A DNA stretch of 61,471 nucleotides, filler included. It is 8 parts of 8 records of this genome, joined end to end, with 100 filler letters (N's around TTAATTAATTAA, not from the genome) between each part and the next. Parts side by side here need not be neighbours in the genome. Positions count along the whole stretch, not along the records: positions 1 to 7,806 come from SRR15195285_819; positions 7,907 to 15,684 come from SRR15195285_820; 6 more parts are not named here. One strand, 5' to 3'. The notes beneath the pieces were generated by a model. That model saw only the letters and a list, made by a program, of their open reading frames with translations. It ran no database searches and was not told the origin of the DNA. Within the stretch, counting starts at the first letter, position 1, and every line of letters begins with the position of its first letter. The position numbers were made by a program, and so were the translations under genes. This document shows, in pieces, positions 1-9,311 of this stretch.

Positions 1-163
1 GGGGGGGAGCTGCTCAGCAGGCGTGTATGCGCGCCGTTGTTGCTCGTGGCGTTGCGGGACTTGAGGGCTGGGTGCCGGGGAAGGGGAAAGCCCACGCGGT
101 ACTCTAGAGATCTAGCAGAGGGCACACAGTCTTTCGCCATATACGTTTCAATTGTGTAGGTAG

Positions 164-3100
164 TCGGGCCCTGGCCTCCCTGACTCCCACGCCCTGGCGG
201 CTATGTTGGTGTCAGGGGCGACGTGGCTGGATACGGCCAACCAGCCTGACGCCAACGACAGGGACGGGAACGACCGAACGCGGGCCAACGACGGGCCCAA
301 GGTTCAGACGACCTACCTCAGCGCGGTGGGGATCCCGGACGAGCAGGAGTCTGCACTGTGGGACCTGTTCCACACGGCAGAGGACGGGGCATTGCAGGGC
401 CCTGACGGGGTCGTCACCAGCGGCCAGCCGGGAGGCACCCAGCTATGCTGTGGCACGTACTACCGCCGCACGAGCACAAACGACGACAACTGGAAGTGGC
501 ACGAGCATGCGGACCAAAACGAAGCAGCCACTTTCACCGAACCGTACACCTGGGACTACGTAGACATCACGGGGTCAGAACCCGTGTCGGTCGTTTTCGT
601 CGCGCACGAGGATTCCGGGTCGCTGCCGGACGGTGATCGTGACGGTCGGCTCTTCGACGGTACCCCGTACACTGGCTGCGGCACGTGGGACACCGCCACG
701 GAGACGTGGGCGGACGACCGTGATGAGTGCGAGGTGTTCTACATCGAGTGTGACCCCAGTACGGGCGACATCAAGGAGATCGACCTCGAGCGGGCTCAGC
801 TCGGCTCCCAGCAATCCGAAGTCATTCCAAACAGCATCGGCGAGTTCACGGCTTTGATCAAACTGGACTTGGCCGATAACCAGTGGACGGGGATGTCAAC
901 GAACATCCAGCATCTTGACTCCCTCATCACTTTAGACCTGCACTTGAACATGATCAGCCAGCCTGCGGAGACCATTTTCGCTGCGCTCAGTCAGGTTGGT
1001 CCGGACGGGTCGGCCACGACCAGTTTGCGGAATGTGAACCTAAACAACAACCGCATACATGGCGCTCTGCCGGCGTTCGGGGCGCGCCTGGGACCCCTCG
1101 AAAAGCTCGATCTCGGTCACAACGAGCTGTCCGGCGCACTGCCAGACGATACATTCAGCCACCTCACAAGTATGAAAGAGTTCAGCTTGTCGCAGAACCG
1201 TGACATCACCGGCAACGTCCACGAAGATTTTGCGTTGATGTCGAGTTTGGAAAAGCTCGATATCGAAGATACTGGTTTCACGGGTGAGCTGTTCGAGTTC
1301 ACTAATTTCGCCCTCCTCCAGGAGCTGCACGCGTCTGGCTGCTCGTTCACGGGCGCTCTGCCTGCCTCCATCGGCAACGCAATATCCCTGCAAGTCCTTG
1401 ACTTGGAGCACAGCGACCTTTCCGGCCCGCTGGACCCAGGTATTATCAACTGCGGCAGCTTGAGGACCTTGAATCTTGCACACAACGCGTTCGACGGCCC
1501 GCTTCCAACTCAGTGTGTTGAGACAGCTGGAAGTGTCCCAGCGGACGCGGCATTGTGTGCAGCTGTGGAACTTGGAACAGACACATCCCGTGCTCAGTGC
1601 GAGGCAGTGCAACGGACTGACGGTGGCGGGGCTGCGTGTACTTTCCAAAGCCTCCTGAGCAACACGGGAAGCATGCAGCAGCTGGATCTAAGCTACAACT
1701 CTTTTGAAGGCAGCATTGCTGACCTCCTCGATATGCTTCCTCCATCGTACCCGACGCTGACCCAGTTCAACCTGGAAGAGAATCGGTTCGATGGAGCAAT
1801 CCCGGCCAGTCTGAGCAAGCTTGGGAACGTGATGGATATGCGGCTCGCGGGGAATCAGTTCACTAGCCTTCCTGCGTCGGATTTGAGTCTGGTCTTGTGC
1901 AGCCACTTCGATGTTCATGACAATAAAATTGCTGGGGCACTGCCATCCCTTTCAGGCTTGACACGTCTGGCATACCTGGATGTATATGACAACCTGCTCA
2001 CCGGAGGGCTGGGAGACATGTCGCAGCAGTGTATGCTACTTTCGATTGACGCACACGACAATTCTTTGACAGAGCTTGGGCAGCTGCCGACGTCGATCAA
2101 AACTGCTGACTTCGATGACAATCAGATTGCGATCGATGTGGCGAGCATAGGTCTATCCGATGCCCACTGTGCTCTGCATTCGCTTGAGATCGAGCGAAAC
2201 CAGCTAAGTGGAGACCTTGGCAGCCTGAGCGCTTTGCCGGCGTTGCGGAAGCTGAAGGCCGGATTCAATTCGCTCAGTGGAGACTTTCCAAACTTCAGTC
2301 CTCGCATGGCATGGGCAGAGTTAAATGACAATGCTCTCACTGGCGATGTGAGCAATTTCTACTGCTCTGACCGTCTGCCTGCAAACGACTGTAGGGTGAA
2401 CACCAATTTGCCTTATGACGCCGTTGAAGGAAGGTGCCGAAATTTTCCCGGAACAGGTATCCCAGTCACTTTTCAACAGGTGACGGACCTTCAGAAGCTT
2501 ACACTCAATGTCAAGAACAACCAACTCACGGGGGTTCCAGGGTGTCCAGCCGTGCCGGACTGGCTGGACCAGGACTTGTCTGCAGTGTCCCTCAACGTTG
2601 CCAACAATCTGATCCAAGGACCATTTCAGCCTGTGGATTCGGTCCTTTTGCCAAAGTTGGCTGCAATCGATTTGTCAAACAATGATCTCGGCACGCCTGC
2701 TGACGGAGTTACTGGCGAAGATCTGGCGTGGCTCTCCCGGCTCGGGCAAGAAGATTGCACCGCAGCAACACCGGCGGATGCAGTAGCTTGCGCCGCGGTT
2801 CCCCGCGGCACGGCTACTACACAAACCGAGTGTGTGGCTGCAGGATGCACTTACATCGCTGGCAGTCAACTGGGCGCGAACAATGGCATATCGATCAAGC
2901 TTGCAAACAACAGCTTGGGATTGCACATCAATGACTTCGAGCAATATCTAGACTTTGAAACAGTGCAGTTTATCGACTTGTCAGGCAATGATCTGACGGG
3001 CACTCTGGAGCCATTGGGGAGACTAGTAAACTTGAAATTGTTAAATCTCGAGAACAACAACTTGGGCGGCACCCTTGATGGCCTAGGTGCGCTGTGGGCA

Positions 3101-5416
3101 ACGTGGCACTCGGTTCACGAAGTACTGACGCCAGAGATCTGCCAACAATATGACTGTGCCGCTCCAGCCGACCTGGAGACGACATGCAGTGAGACTGCAA
3201 CGGGTGCAGAATCAGTGGCAGAAGATGCAACAGCGTGTTCGAACGTTGTGCTCGGCACGCCCACCGCAAAGGCTGACTGCGAAGCAGTGACCACTGCGGC
3301 CAACAGCGACATTTCAGCCTGCACATTTTCAACGCTGTGTCCTTCAGGCTGCACGCTAGCGGGAACGGGTGCCGCGGAAACCTGCACTATTCCTCAGAAT
3401 GACTGCACCACTGGATACACTGTAGGAGATCCGAATTCACCATCGACCACCTGCCCTGAGGGATGCTTTTTCCAACCGGCTACCGCAAGGTCGAACGCGA
3501 AGACCACGACCGACTACCTCGACGTGTATGTTGCAAACAACCAGTTTACTGGCGGAGTTGAGTTCCTGACCCAGGATCACAACAACATGCATCTGGAACA
3601 TCTAGACCTGTCTGGAAACCTCTTGAGTGGCGAAGTGCCGTACAATTTGTGGCGCTCGGACCTACACAGGATCCTTTTGAACGACAACAGTTTCACAGGA
3701 GCGATTCCGATGTTGCGGCCTGACTGTGAGCATTGGATGGGAAGCGTTGCGGACGTTCAAAGTGCAAGCTCCAATCCAATCCGTGATGACTGGGCCAACG
3801 TGCGCCTAAGTCTCGAAAACTTGAACCAAGACTGGTGCAAAATCAATGTGGCTCAGACGGGTCAATCCGACGTCTGCAACGAGCCTGTTGCCGACGCTGC
3901 GGCATGCGATGCGGCATGTCTGGCGGCCACGCTCGTCGTGATCCCTCAAAAACCGACACAACAAGCTGGATGGCACATCTGGAAAGACATTTGCAGTACT
4001 GGTCTCGCGTTTGGTCCAGGTGTACACAGCGGTCAGTGTCAGGTGTGCACGAGCTTTGAACCCGCCGGTTGCGAGGACCTCGATGATGATTCGCCCTGCG
4101 AGTGCACGTTTTTTGCTGCCCCAACCCAAGACTGCATCAACCAATGCATCGTATCGCATTGCGAGAGCGTATTTCAAAACAGAGAATATTGTCAACAGCC
4201 TCAGGCATGCCATCTTGCGGTCGACCTCTCTGGAAACGATTGGAGTTGTCCTGCACCACGACTGCCTCCAGGAGATAATTCCGGCTTCACTATGCAGCTG
4301 TCCAAAGAGGAGCCGTGGGTAAACCCTGTCTACCAGAGCGCTGATTGTACGTGCGCTGCCGGGTCAACGTGCACAGGAGACGGCCGCTCCAGCAATACTG
4401 TCGAAACTAGTACTGCGAATCAGTGCCGGGCATTTTGCAAGCCGTGTCAGCGTGGATTCTTCAGCGACGAGACGGACGCTGATGGTTGCGACCAGTGCCA
4501 GTCTGGCAAGTACTCTGACTTCGAAGGCCAGACAGCATGCTCAGAATGCCAGCCTGGTCGAATCGGAGCTGCAACTTACACAGATGAGTCTGCATCACCA
4601 CCTGTGGACAGAACCGTCGAAATCCGCAATTCTGAGGCAATCTCATGCGAAGAGTGCGTGCCCGGCACGTACCAGACCCAGGCAGCCCAGATTTCCTGCG
4701 AGCTTGCTGAAGTTGGCAACTCTGCACCCTTCACTGGGATGAACTGCACCATTCCGTGTGAGCCCGGGTCTTTTGCGGCAGAAGAAGGTGCGGTGCAGTG
4801 CGACTTCTGCCCTGCTGGCAAGTACCAGAACGCAACCGGCTCAGATGATTGCAGTGACTGCCCAGAAGGCACCGTCACACGTTTCGGCGGGGCAGCACAA
4901 GAAGTGCAGTGCAACGATCCTCTCCTAGCCAACGAGTTCTGCCCGAAAGGTTCATTCGCTAACCGAGCCGCCTATGACGCTGACGGGGTTCTGTTGTGCA
5001 TAAAAGCACGGCCAGGAAGGTATGTAACCTGGGAAGGGCCAAGTGTTGTTCAGTGGGAAGAGGATGGTGCAGAGCAGCTGTGCTCTGACCAGGGAAATTT
5101 TATCGCAGCCAAGCCAGGTAGCACTGGCTGCACTGAGTGTGTGGACAACACATACGCAAATACAGAGCAGGGCTCCGGCTCGCTAGAAGGCAACACCAAC
5201 TACGTCTGTCTTCCGTGCGGAATTTTTGGGACAGAGTCTGAGTATTGCGCCGCGAACCTGTTGTCAATTGGGGTACTGGCTGGGTGTGTGCTGCTACTGC
5301 TCGGCGCACTCGCTTTCAAAATCTCGACGAGGCACGACGAAGAAATGTCCGACTCAAGCGACTCAGATGAGGAGTTCGGTGGCGCCTCGAACGCAGCATA
5401 TCAGGCTGCTGATTGA
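164..5416 (+). CDS. Large single-pass LRR receptor-like protein (plant-type LRRs with Cys-rich islands, ephrin-receptor-like/GCC2-GCC3 Cys repeats, C-terminal TM, short acidic tail); probably 5'-incomplete
   Basis: ORF 203..5416 has many LxxLxLxxNxLxGxxP repeats (e.g. LEKLDLGHNELSGALP, LKLLNLENNNLGGTL). It also has CxxCxxGxY/F repeats (CKPCQRGFFS, CEECVPGTYQ, CDFCPAGKYQ), the TM segment LLSIGVLAGCVLLLLGALAF and the tail RHDEEMSDSSDSDEE. The frame is open from 164 after tgtgtaggtag, a likely acceptor. No signal peptide is seen, so an upstream exon is probably missing. Confidence 0.85.
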   Translation, partial: SGPGLPDSHALAAMLVSGATWLDTANQPDANDRDGNDRTRANDGPKVQTTYLSAVGIPDEQESALWDLFHTAEDGALQGPDGVVTSGQPGGTQLCCGTYYRRTSTNDDNWKWHEHADQNEAATFTEPYTWDYVDITGSEPVSVVFVAHEDSGSLPDGDRDGRLFDGTPYTGCGTWDTATETWADDRDECEVFYIECDPSTGDIKEIDLERAQLGSQQSEVIPNSIGEFTALIKLDLADNQWTGMSTNIQHLDSLITLDLHLNMISQPAETIFAALSQVGPDGSATTSLRNVNLNNNRIHGALPAFGARLGPLEKLDLGHNELSGALPDDTFSHLTSMKEFSLSQNRDITGNVHEDFALMSSLEKLDIEDTGFTGELFEFTNFALLQELHASGCSFTGALPASIGNAISLQVLDLEHSDLSGPLDPGIINCGSLRTLNLAHNAFDGPLPTQCVETAGSVPADAALCAAVELGTDTSRAQCEAVQRTDGGGAACTFQSLLSNTGSMQQLDLSYNSFEGSIADLLDMLPPSYPTLTQFNLEENRFDGAIPASLSKLGNVMDMRLAGNQFTSLPASDLSLVLCSHFDVHDNKIAGALPSLSGLTRLAYLDVYDNLLTGGLGDMSQQCMLLSIDAHDNSLTELGQLPTSIKTADFDDNQIAIDVASIGLSDAHCALHSLEIERNQLSGDLGSLSALPALRKLKAGFNSLSGDFPNFSPRMAWAELNDNALTGDVSNFYCSDRLPANDCRVNTNLPYDAVEGRCRNFPGTGIPVTFQQVTDLQKLTLNVKNNQLTGVPGCPAVPDWLDQDLSAVSLNVANNLIQGPFQPVDSVLLPKLAAIDLSNNDLGTPADGVTGEDLAWLSRLGQEDCTAATPADAVACAAVPRGTATTQTECVAAGCTYIAGSQLGANNGISIKLANNSLGLHINDFEQYLDFETVQFIDLSGNDLTGTLEPLGRLVNLKLLNLENNNLGGTLDGLGALWATWHSVHEVLTPEICQQYDCAAPADLETTCSETATGAESVAEDATACSNVVLGTPTAKADCEAVTTAANSDISACTFSTLCPSGCTLAGTGAAETCTIPQNDCTTGYTVGDPNSPSTTCPEGCFFQPATARSNAKTTTDYLDVYVANNQFTGGVEFLTQDHNNMHLEHLDLSGNLLSGEVPYNLWRSDLHRILLNDNSFTGAIPMLRPDCEHWMGSVADVQSASSNPIRDDWANVRLSLENLNQDWCKINVAQTGQSDVCNEPVADAAACDAACLAATLVVIPQKPTQQAGWHIWKDICSTGLAFGPGVHSGQCQVCTSFEPAGCEDLDDDSPCECTFFAAPTQDCINQCIVSHCESVFQNREYCQQPQACHLAVDLSGNDWSCPAPRLPPGDNSGFTMQLSKEEPWVNPVYQSADCTCAAGSTCTGDGRSSNTVETSTANQCRAFCKPCQRGFFSDETDADGCDQCQSGKYSDFEGQTACSECQPGRIGAATYTDESASPPVDRTVEIRNSEAISCEECVPGTYQTQAAQISCELAEVGNSAPFTGMNCTIPCEPGSFAAEEGAVQCDFCPAGKYQNATGSDDCSDCPEGTVTRFGGAAQEVQCNDPLLANEFCPKGSFANRAAYDADGVLLCIKARPGRYVTWEGPSVVQWEEDGAEQLCSDQGNFIAAKPGSTGCTECVDNTYANTEQGSGSLEGNTNYVCLPCGIFGTESEYCAANLLSIGVLAGCVLLLLGALAFKISTRHDEEMSDSSDSDEEFGGASNAAYQAAD

Positions 5417-5533
5417 TTGTGCTCAGTGGCATACCGATCTCGAATGTGAGAGACTTAATAGGATTATGACTGTTGAAATTGCCTCCATGCACTGATGACC
5501 AGGCAGTCCTGTGCTGAGAGCGGAGCAACACCC

Positions 5534-7293
5534 TTAAGAGCGCTCTGCTGCCGCGATCAATCCTTCTCGTGACTCGTCCTGTATCCTCCCCACACGGACA
5601 CCGCCAGCAGCATTAGCCGGGGTGTTCTGTTTAAGCTTTCGGTATGCGACGAACCACAAGATAACAGTCCACACCAGCCAGGCGCAAGCTGTGCCCATCA
5701 CCAACCGGTAATCACCGTGGGTGTTCTTCTTCTCGCCTGGGTGGACACACGGCAGCGTGGTGCACGGATTCGCTGCCGGCTCGTCCTTGAGCTGCACAGT
5801 CTCCTTGTGCTGGAGCCAGTAGTTCCCACCGCATGGCAAGCAGCTGTCGCACTCAGGCACACTCCCAGGCAGCACACAGATGGCGTCGCCAGCGCCACAG
5901 GTTGCGGTGCCATTGTCCACCACACACTGCGTGGGTAGAGGCTCGGTCTGCCAACCATCGGCACAGCCGTTAGGTTCGAAATCACAAAATAATGATGCGT
6001 AAACTGTGTGCGTAGTGCAGTGCAGCCGCGCTTCTTGCGTTTGCTACTCACTGGGTCAGGCTTCATGCCGGGCTTGCACATGTATGTGCCTGCGTAGTCG
6101 GCCGTGTTGTCCAGCAGAAAGCCAAGGATCGGTGGAGATGGTATGTCGCCAAACAAGTGCGCGATCAGCATAGAGAAGGCCATGGCGTGAGGCTTAAGGT
6201 CCTCGCCAACCGACCACAGCATAGCAGAGTTGATTGGCCCTTCCTTCGCAAAGATAGCTAACTCTGCGACGAAGAGAAATGCAAAAAAGGCCCACTTCGA
6301 GTCGACAAGAAACGCGCAGAAGCACAAGGGCAGGCTAACAACCATCATGACAGTGCTGAGGGCCGTGGCCTCCACTGGAGTTGCAGCCTCCCCCGACTTG
6401 ATTCTTTCCAGAAGGTACCCACCCGAGGCTGTCCCGACGAGTCCCGTGAGTGCAGTGATCCCACCGAAGATTAGGTTTGCCCTGTCCTGCTGCATGTCAT
6501 AAGTGTACTGCAAAAACTGAGGTGCAAACACTGAGAATCCCCCGATCGTGAACGTGTAGCACGCGTAGCCCATTGCGAGGCAGACGTACGTCGGCTGTCG
6601 TAGCAGCTTCATTGGGGCCACCCAGAACGGCTCCGAGTGATCCATCATTGTAGCAGGAGCCGCGCCAGCCTGGTCCCATGTGGCAGGGGCACCGAAAGCT
6701 ATCACAAGGAACGGTGCCATGAGGACTCCATCTATGAGAAAGAGGTAGTAGTAGTGGTCATCCAAGTTTTGGCCGATGAAGCCACCCAGGCCAAAACCGA
6801 TCGCCATCCCGAAAGGAATGGTCGCGTAGAACAGCGCGAGCCATAGACCCTTGCTGTCATCCGGTGCAATTCGGTCAATGAATGGTGGCGCGAGCACGAG
6901 GAACGCAGCCTCGCCTACCCCCACGAGCACGCGAGCGAGTAGCAGTGGGTAGAACATGCCCGCTATCGCCGACAAGAACGAGCACAGTGAGCCGACAGAG
7001 AAGCACAAGAGCCCGAATCCCATCAACTTGAAACTCTTTCCAGCGAACATTTCAGTTCCGCTGAGATGCGCGAACAGAGGTGCGGCGGCGATGTAACCCA
7101 CTGTGAAAGCTGACACGACGACGCCGGACTCTGCAGTGCTCAAGCACAGTCCTTTCTTCAGGTTGGTCAGCACGGCGTTCAGAGCCCCCCGATCGACGTA
7201 GTTGACCAGTGCGATCGTGCAAAACAGTACCAGGAAGAACGATCCCTGCTTTTCTTCCTTCCGGTCGAGAAGCGAAGCCCCGCCACCAATCAT
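5534..7293 (-). CDS. Spinster-family (SPNS-like) MFS transporter, 2 exons (7293-6052, 5926-5534)
   Basis: Motifs LVNYVDRG, ARVLVGVGEAAF, PFIDRIAP, HLFGDIPSPPILG and about 12 hydrophobic segments. A GTGAG...CAG intron at 6051-5927 joins ORF 5698..7416 in frame to ORF 5534..5923, which supplies the last TM. Confidence 0.85.
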
Positions 7294-7650
7294 AGTCGAG
7301 TTGGTCCTCCCAGCCAAGATCTTTCGGCAAGGGGCGCACAGCCGTCCGCAGCGCCGCCGCCGACACCGTGGACACCCCGTCTCGACGGCTGCCCTTCGAC
7401 CTCTGCCGCCGTCCACACCCCTACCCGCGCGTCCAAGGCGGCCCCCTTCGATCTCTCACCGGAGAGTGGCAGTCCTGTGTGCGTGCGTTACTGACGGGCG
7501 AGGGTACAGTAGCAGCCACAGAGCGAGACACGCGCGAGGGGCCTCGCGAGTCGAGCAGCCGCAGGCGGGGAGGACCGGCCGGCCACCGCGCACCGGCGGC
7601 TTCCGCGGGCTTGCAATTGACGCTTGTGCGCTGACCATGAATCGAATGGG

Positions 7651-7679
7651 CATTGACATTGATTGACATTGACATTGTC
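7651..7679. repeat. Short imperfect (CATTGA)n tandem repeat upstream of the spinster gene
   Basis: cattgacattgattgacattgacattgtc read directly from the sequence. Confidence 0.7.
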
Positions 7680-7806
7680 GGGTTGTGCCGTGCCGCCGTG
7701 CGATTAGGGCGGGATAGAAGAGAACAAGTTTTTAAAAAAGTGCGAACAACCGTGACGACTTGTTTTAGTATACTACTTACTAGCTCCGCAATTTACCGAC
7801 ACATGA

Positions 7807-7906
7807 NNNNNNNNNNNNNNNNNNNNNNNNNNNNNNNNNNNNNNNNNNNNTTAATTAATTAANNNNNNNNNNNNNNNNNNNNNNNNNNNNNNNNNNNNNN
7901 NNNNNN
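7807..7906. other. Artificial contig spacer
   Basis: N44-TTAATTAATTAA-N44, exactly 100 nt, with stops in all six frames. The same spacer occurs 7 times. Confidence 0.98.
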
Positions 7907-7936
7907 CACACACGCACACACGCACACACGCACACA
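7907..7936. repeat. (CA)n/(CACG) microsatellite at contig start, inside the TCTEX1D2 intron
   Basis: cacacacgcacacacgcacacacgcacaca. Confidence 0.85.
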
Positions 7937-8159
7937 GACACCAGATCACCAGCGGTCAGTCTCGCACATCTGTGATAAGCCCACGCATAACGAACGCCAG
8001 GCCACGCGTGCAGCTCAACGGCCTCCTCTTTTGTTTTCAGCGCCTGCAGCGGGACACGCGCGGCGCGATCCCACGCTCTACGCATGCGCGACAGCCGCCG
8101 CCGCCCACCCGCCCTCGGGCCGCCTCCCCGCTGCACTGCACCCAGCATCGCTCGCTCAC

Positions 8160-8343
8160 CTTTGAGGCGCGTCTTGACCTCATCCGCGATCTCCTTCGTC
8201 CACTGCGTCGTGAGGTCGGCGCTGAACTCCTTCCCCGTCAACTTCTCACTGAGCACCGCCGCCAGGATCTCCTTGCCCTGGCTCGGCTTGAACTTGCCCG
8301 CGTAGTCAGGCGCGATCGCGTACGGCGCGGGGGCGCTGCTCAT
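8160..8343 (-). CDS. TCTEX1D2: Tctex-1 family dynein light chain (TCTEX1D2/Tctex2b-like), first exon only; the rest is lost at the contig end
   Basis: YAIAPDYAGKFKPSQGKEILAAVLSEKLTGKEFSADLTTQWTKEIADEVKTRLK matches the Tctex1 N-terminal helices. A GTGAG donor at 8159 is followed by low-complexity intronic sequence. Confidence 0.75.
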
Positions 8344-9192
8344 GTTGCCCGACCAGCCGTTACCCGACCGTTACGTCCAAGGCCTTCGTCCGTGCCACCC
8401 GGGTAGCTTAGGAATACAGGAAATCGACTTCTCTTCTAGAAATTACCGAGAAATACAATACTGTGCCACAGACAGGATGATGACTCCTCGCTGGATTTGT
8501 TTCACGCATTACTACAGAAATTCGCGTTGTTGTTGGTGTTGCATCCGGCTGTGGACGCGGAGTGTTCGTGTTCATGAACTATGCGAATTTCAGTAGGATC
8601 CTGCTTCTTGACGCGCGAAAACGAGCACGTAGAAATCCTGCTCGAGGCGTTCCCCGGTATTTCCACCAGTACACCCGGATAGAGAATCCTCAGGTCGAAA
8701 GGAGTGGACAACTTTTCGAGAAGGGCGGGAATCCCCCATTGAAATCCTCGAGCAGGAATTCCAATTTTGACTTCCAGTTTTTTCTTGATGACCAACAAGC
8801 AACATCACGAACCCCGGGTCAGTCGATTCAGCAGCCCCATTTCGCCATTTGCATTTCCAGCGGTGCCGATGCCGAGCACGCTCTGCTGGCGGACTGCTGT
8901 TCTCATCCATTTGACTCGATTCAAAACCGCTACAAACCAGTACTAATTCAATACCAATTTGTATTCAACTGTTCGAGTTTGTACCCGGAATTCTACGATG
9001 AGACCATTTGCGCCGAGAGGAGCCAAACCAAGCGCTGGTATTCATTTCATTCCAATTCACGTGCAATCTGCACCGGGAAATACTACCATTCTGATGTGTA
9101 CGCCCGGTTGAGCTTGAGGGTACGAAGTCAGCGTCGGCAGGGTGGGGGAATCGCACTGAGAAATCGAGGCGGGCACCCACCGCCATACAGCT

Positions 9193-9297
9193 GTACGTGG
9201 CGAGTGGTCGCCCGTTTCTTAGCGTACACTTGTCGAGTGCTCGCCCCGTTTCTTCGCGGGTACGCGGCGAGTGCTCGCCCCGTTTGTTTGCGCGTAC
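9193..9297 (+). repeat. Three degenerate ~33-bp tandem repeats directly upstream of the Hsp100 ATG
   Basis: Units start with GTAC at 9193, 9224 and 9260 (and 9294). Their cores are CGAGTGGTCGCCCGTTT, CGAGTGCTCGCCCCGTTT and CGAGTGCTCGCCCCGTTT. Confidence 0.8.
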
Positions 9298-9311
9298 TGC
9301 ACGTGGCGGAG

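Noticed and set aside
8562-9311. 5' part of ORF 8562..9563 (333 aa)
   Set aside because: It has no protein-like composition. Only 9312-9446 matches the Clp N-domain, and it splices to the downstream ORF.
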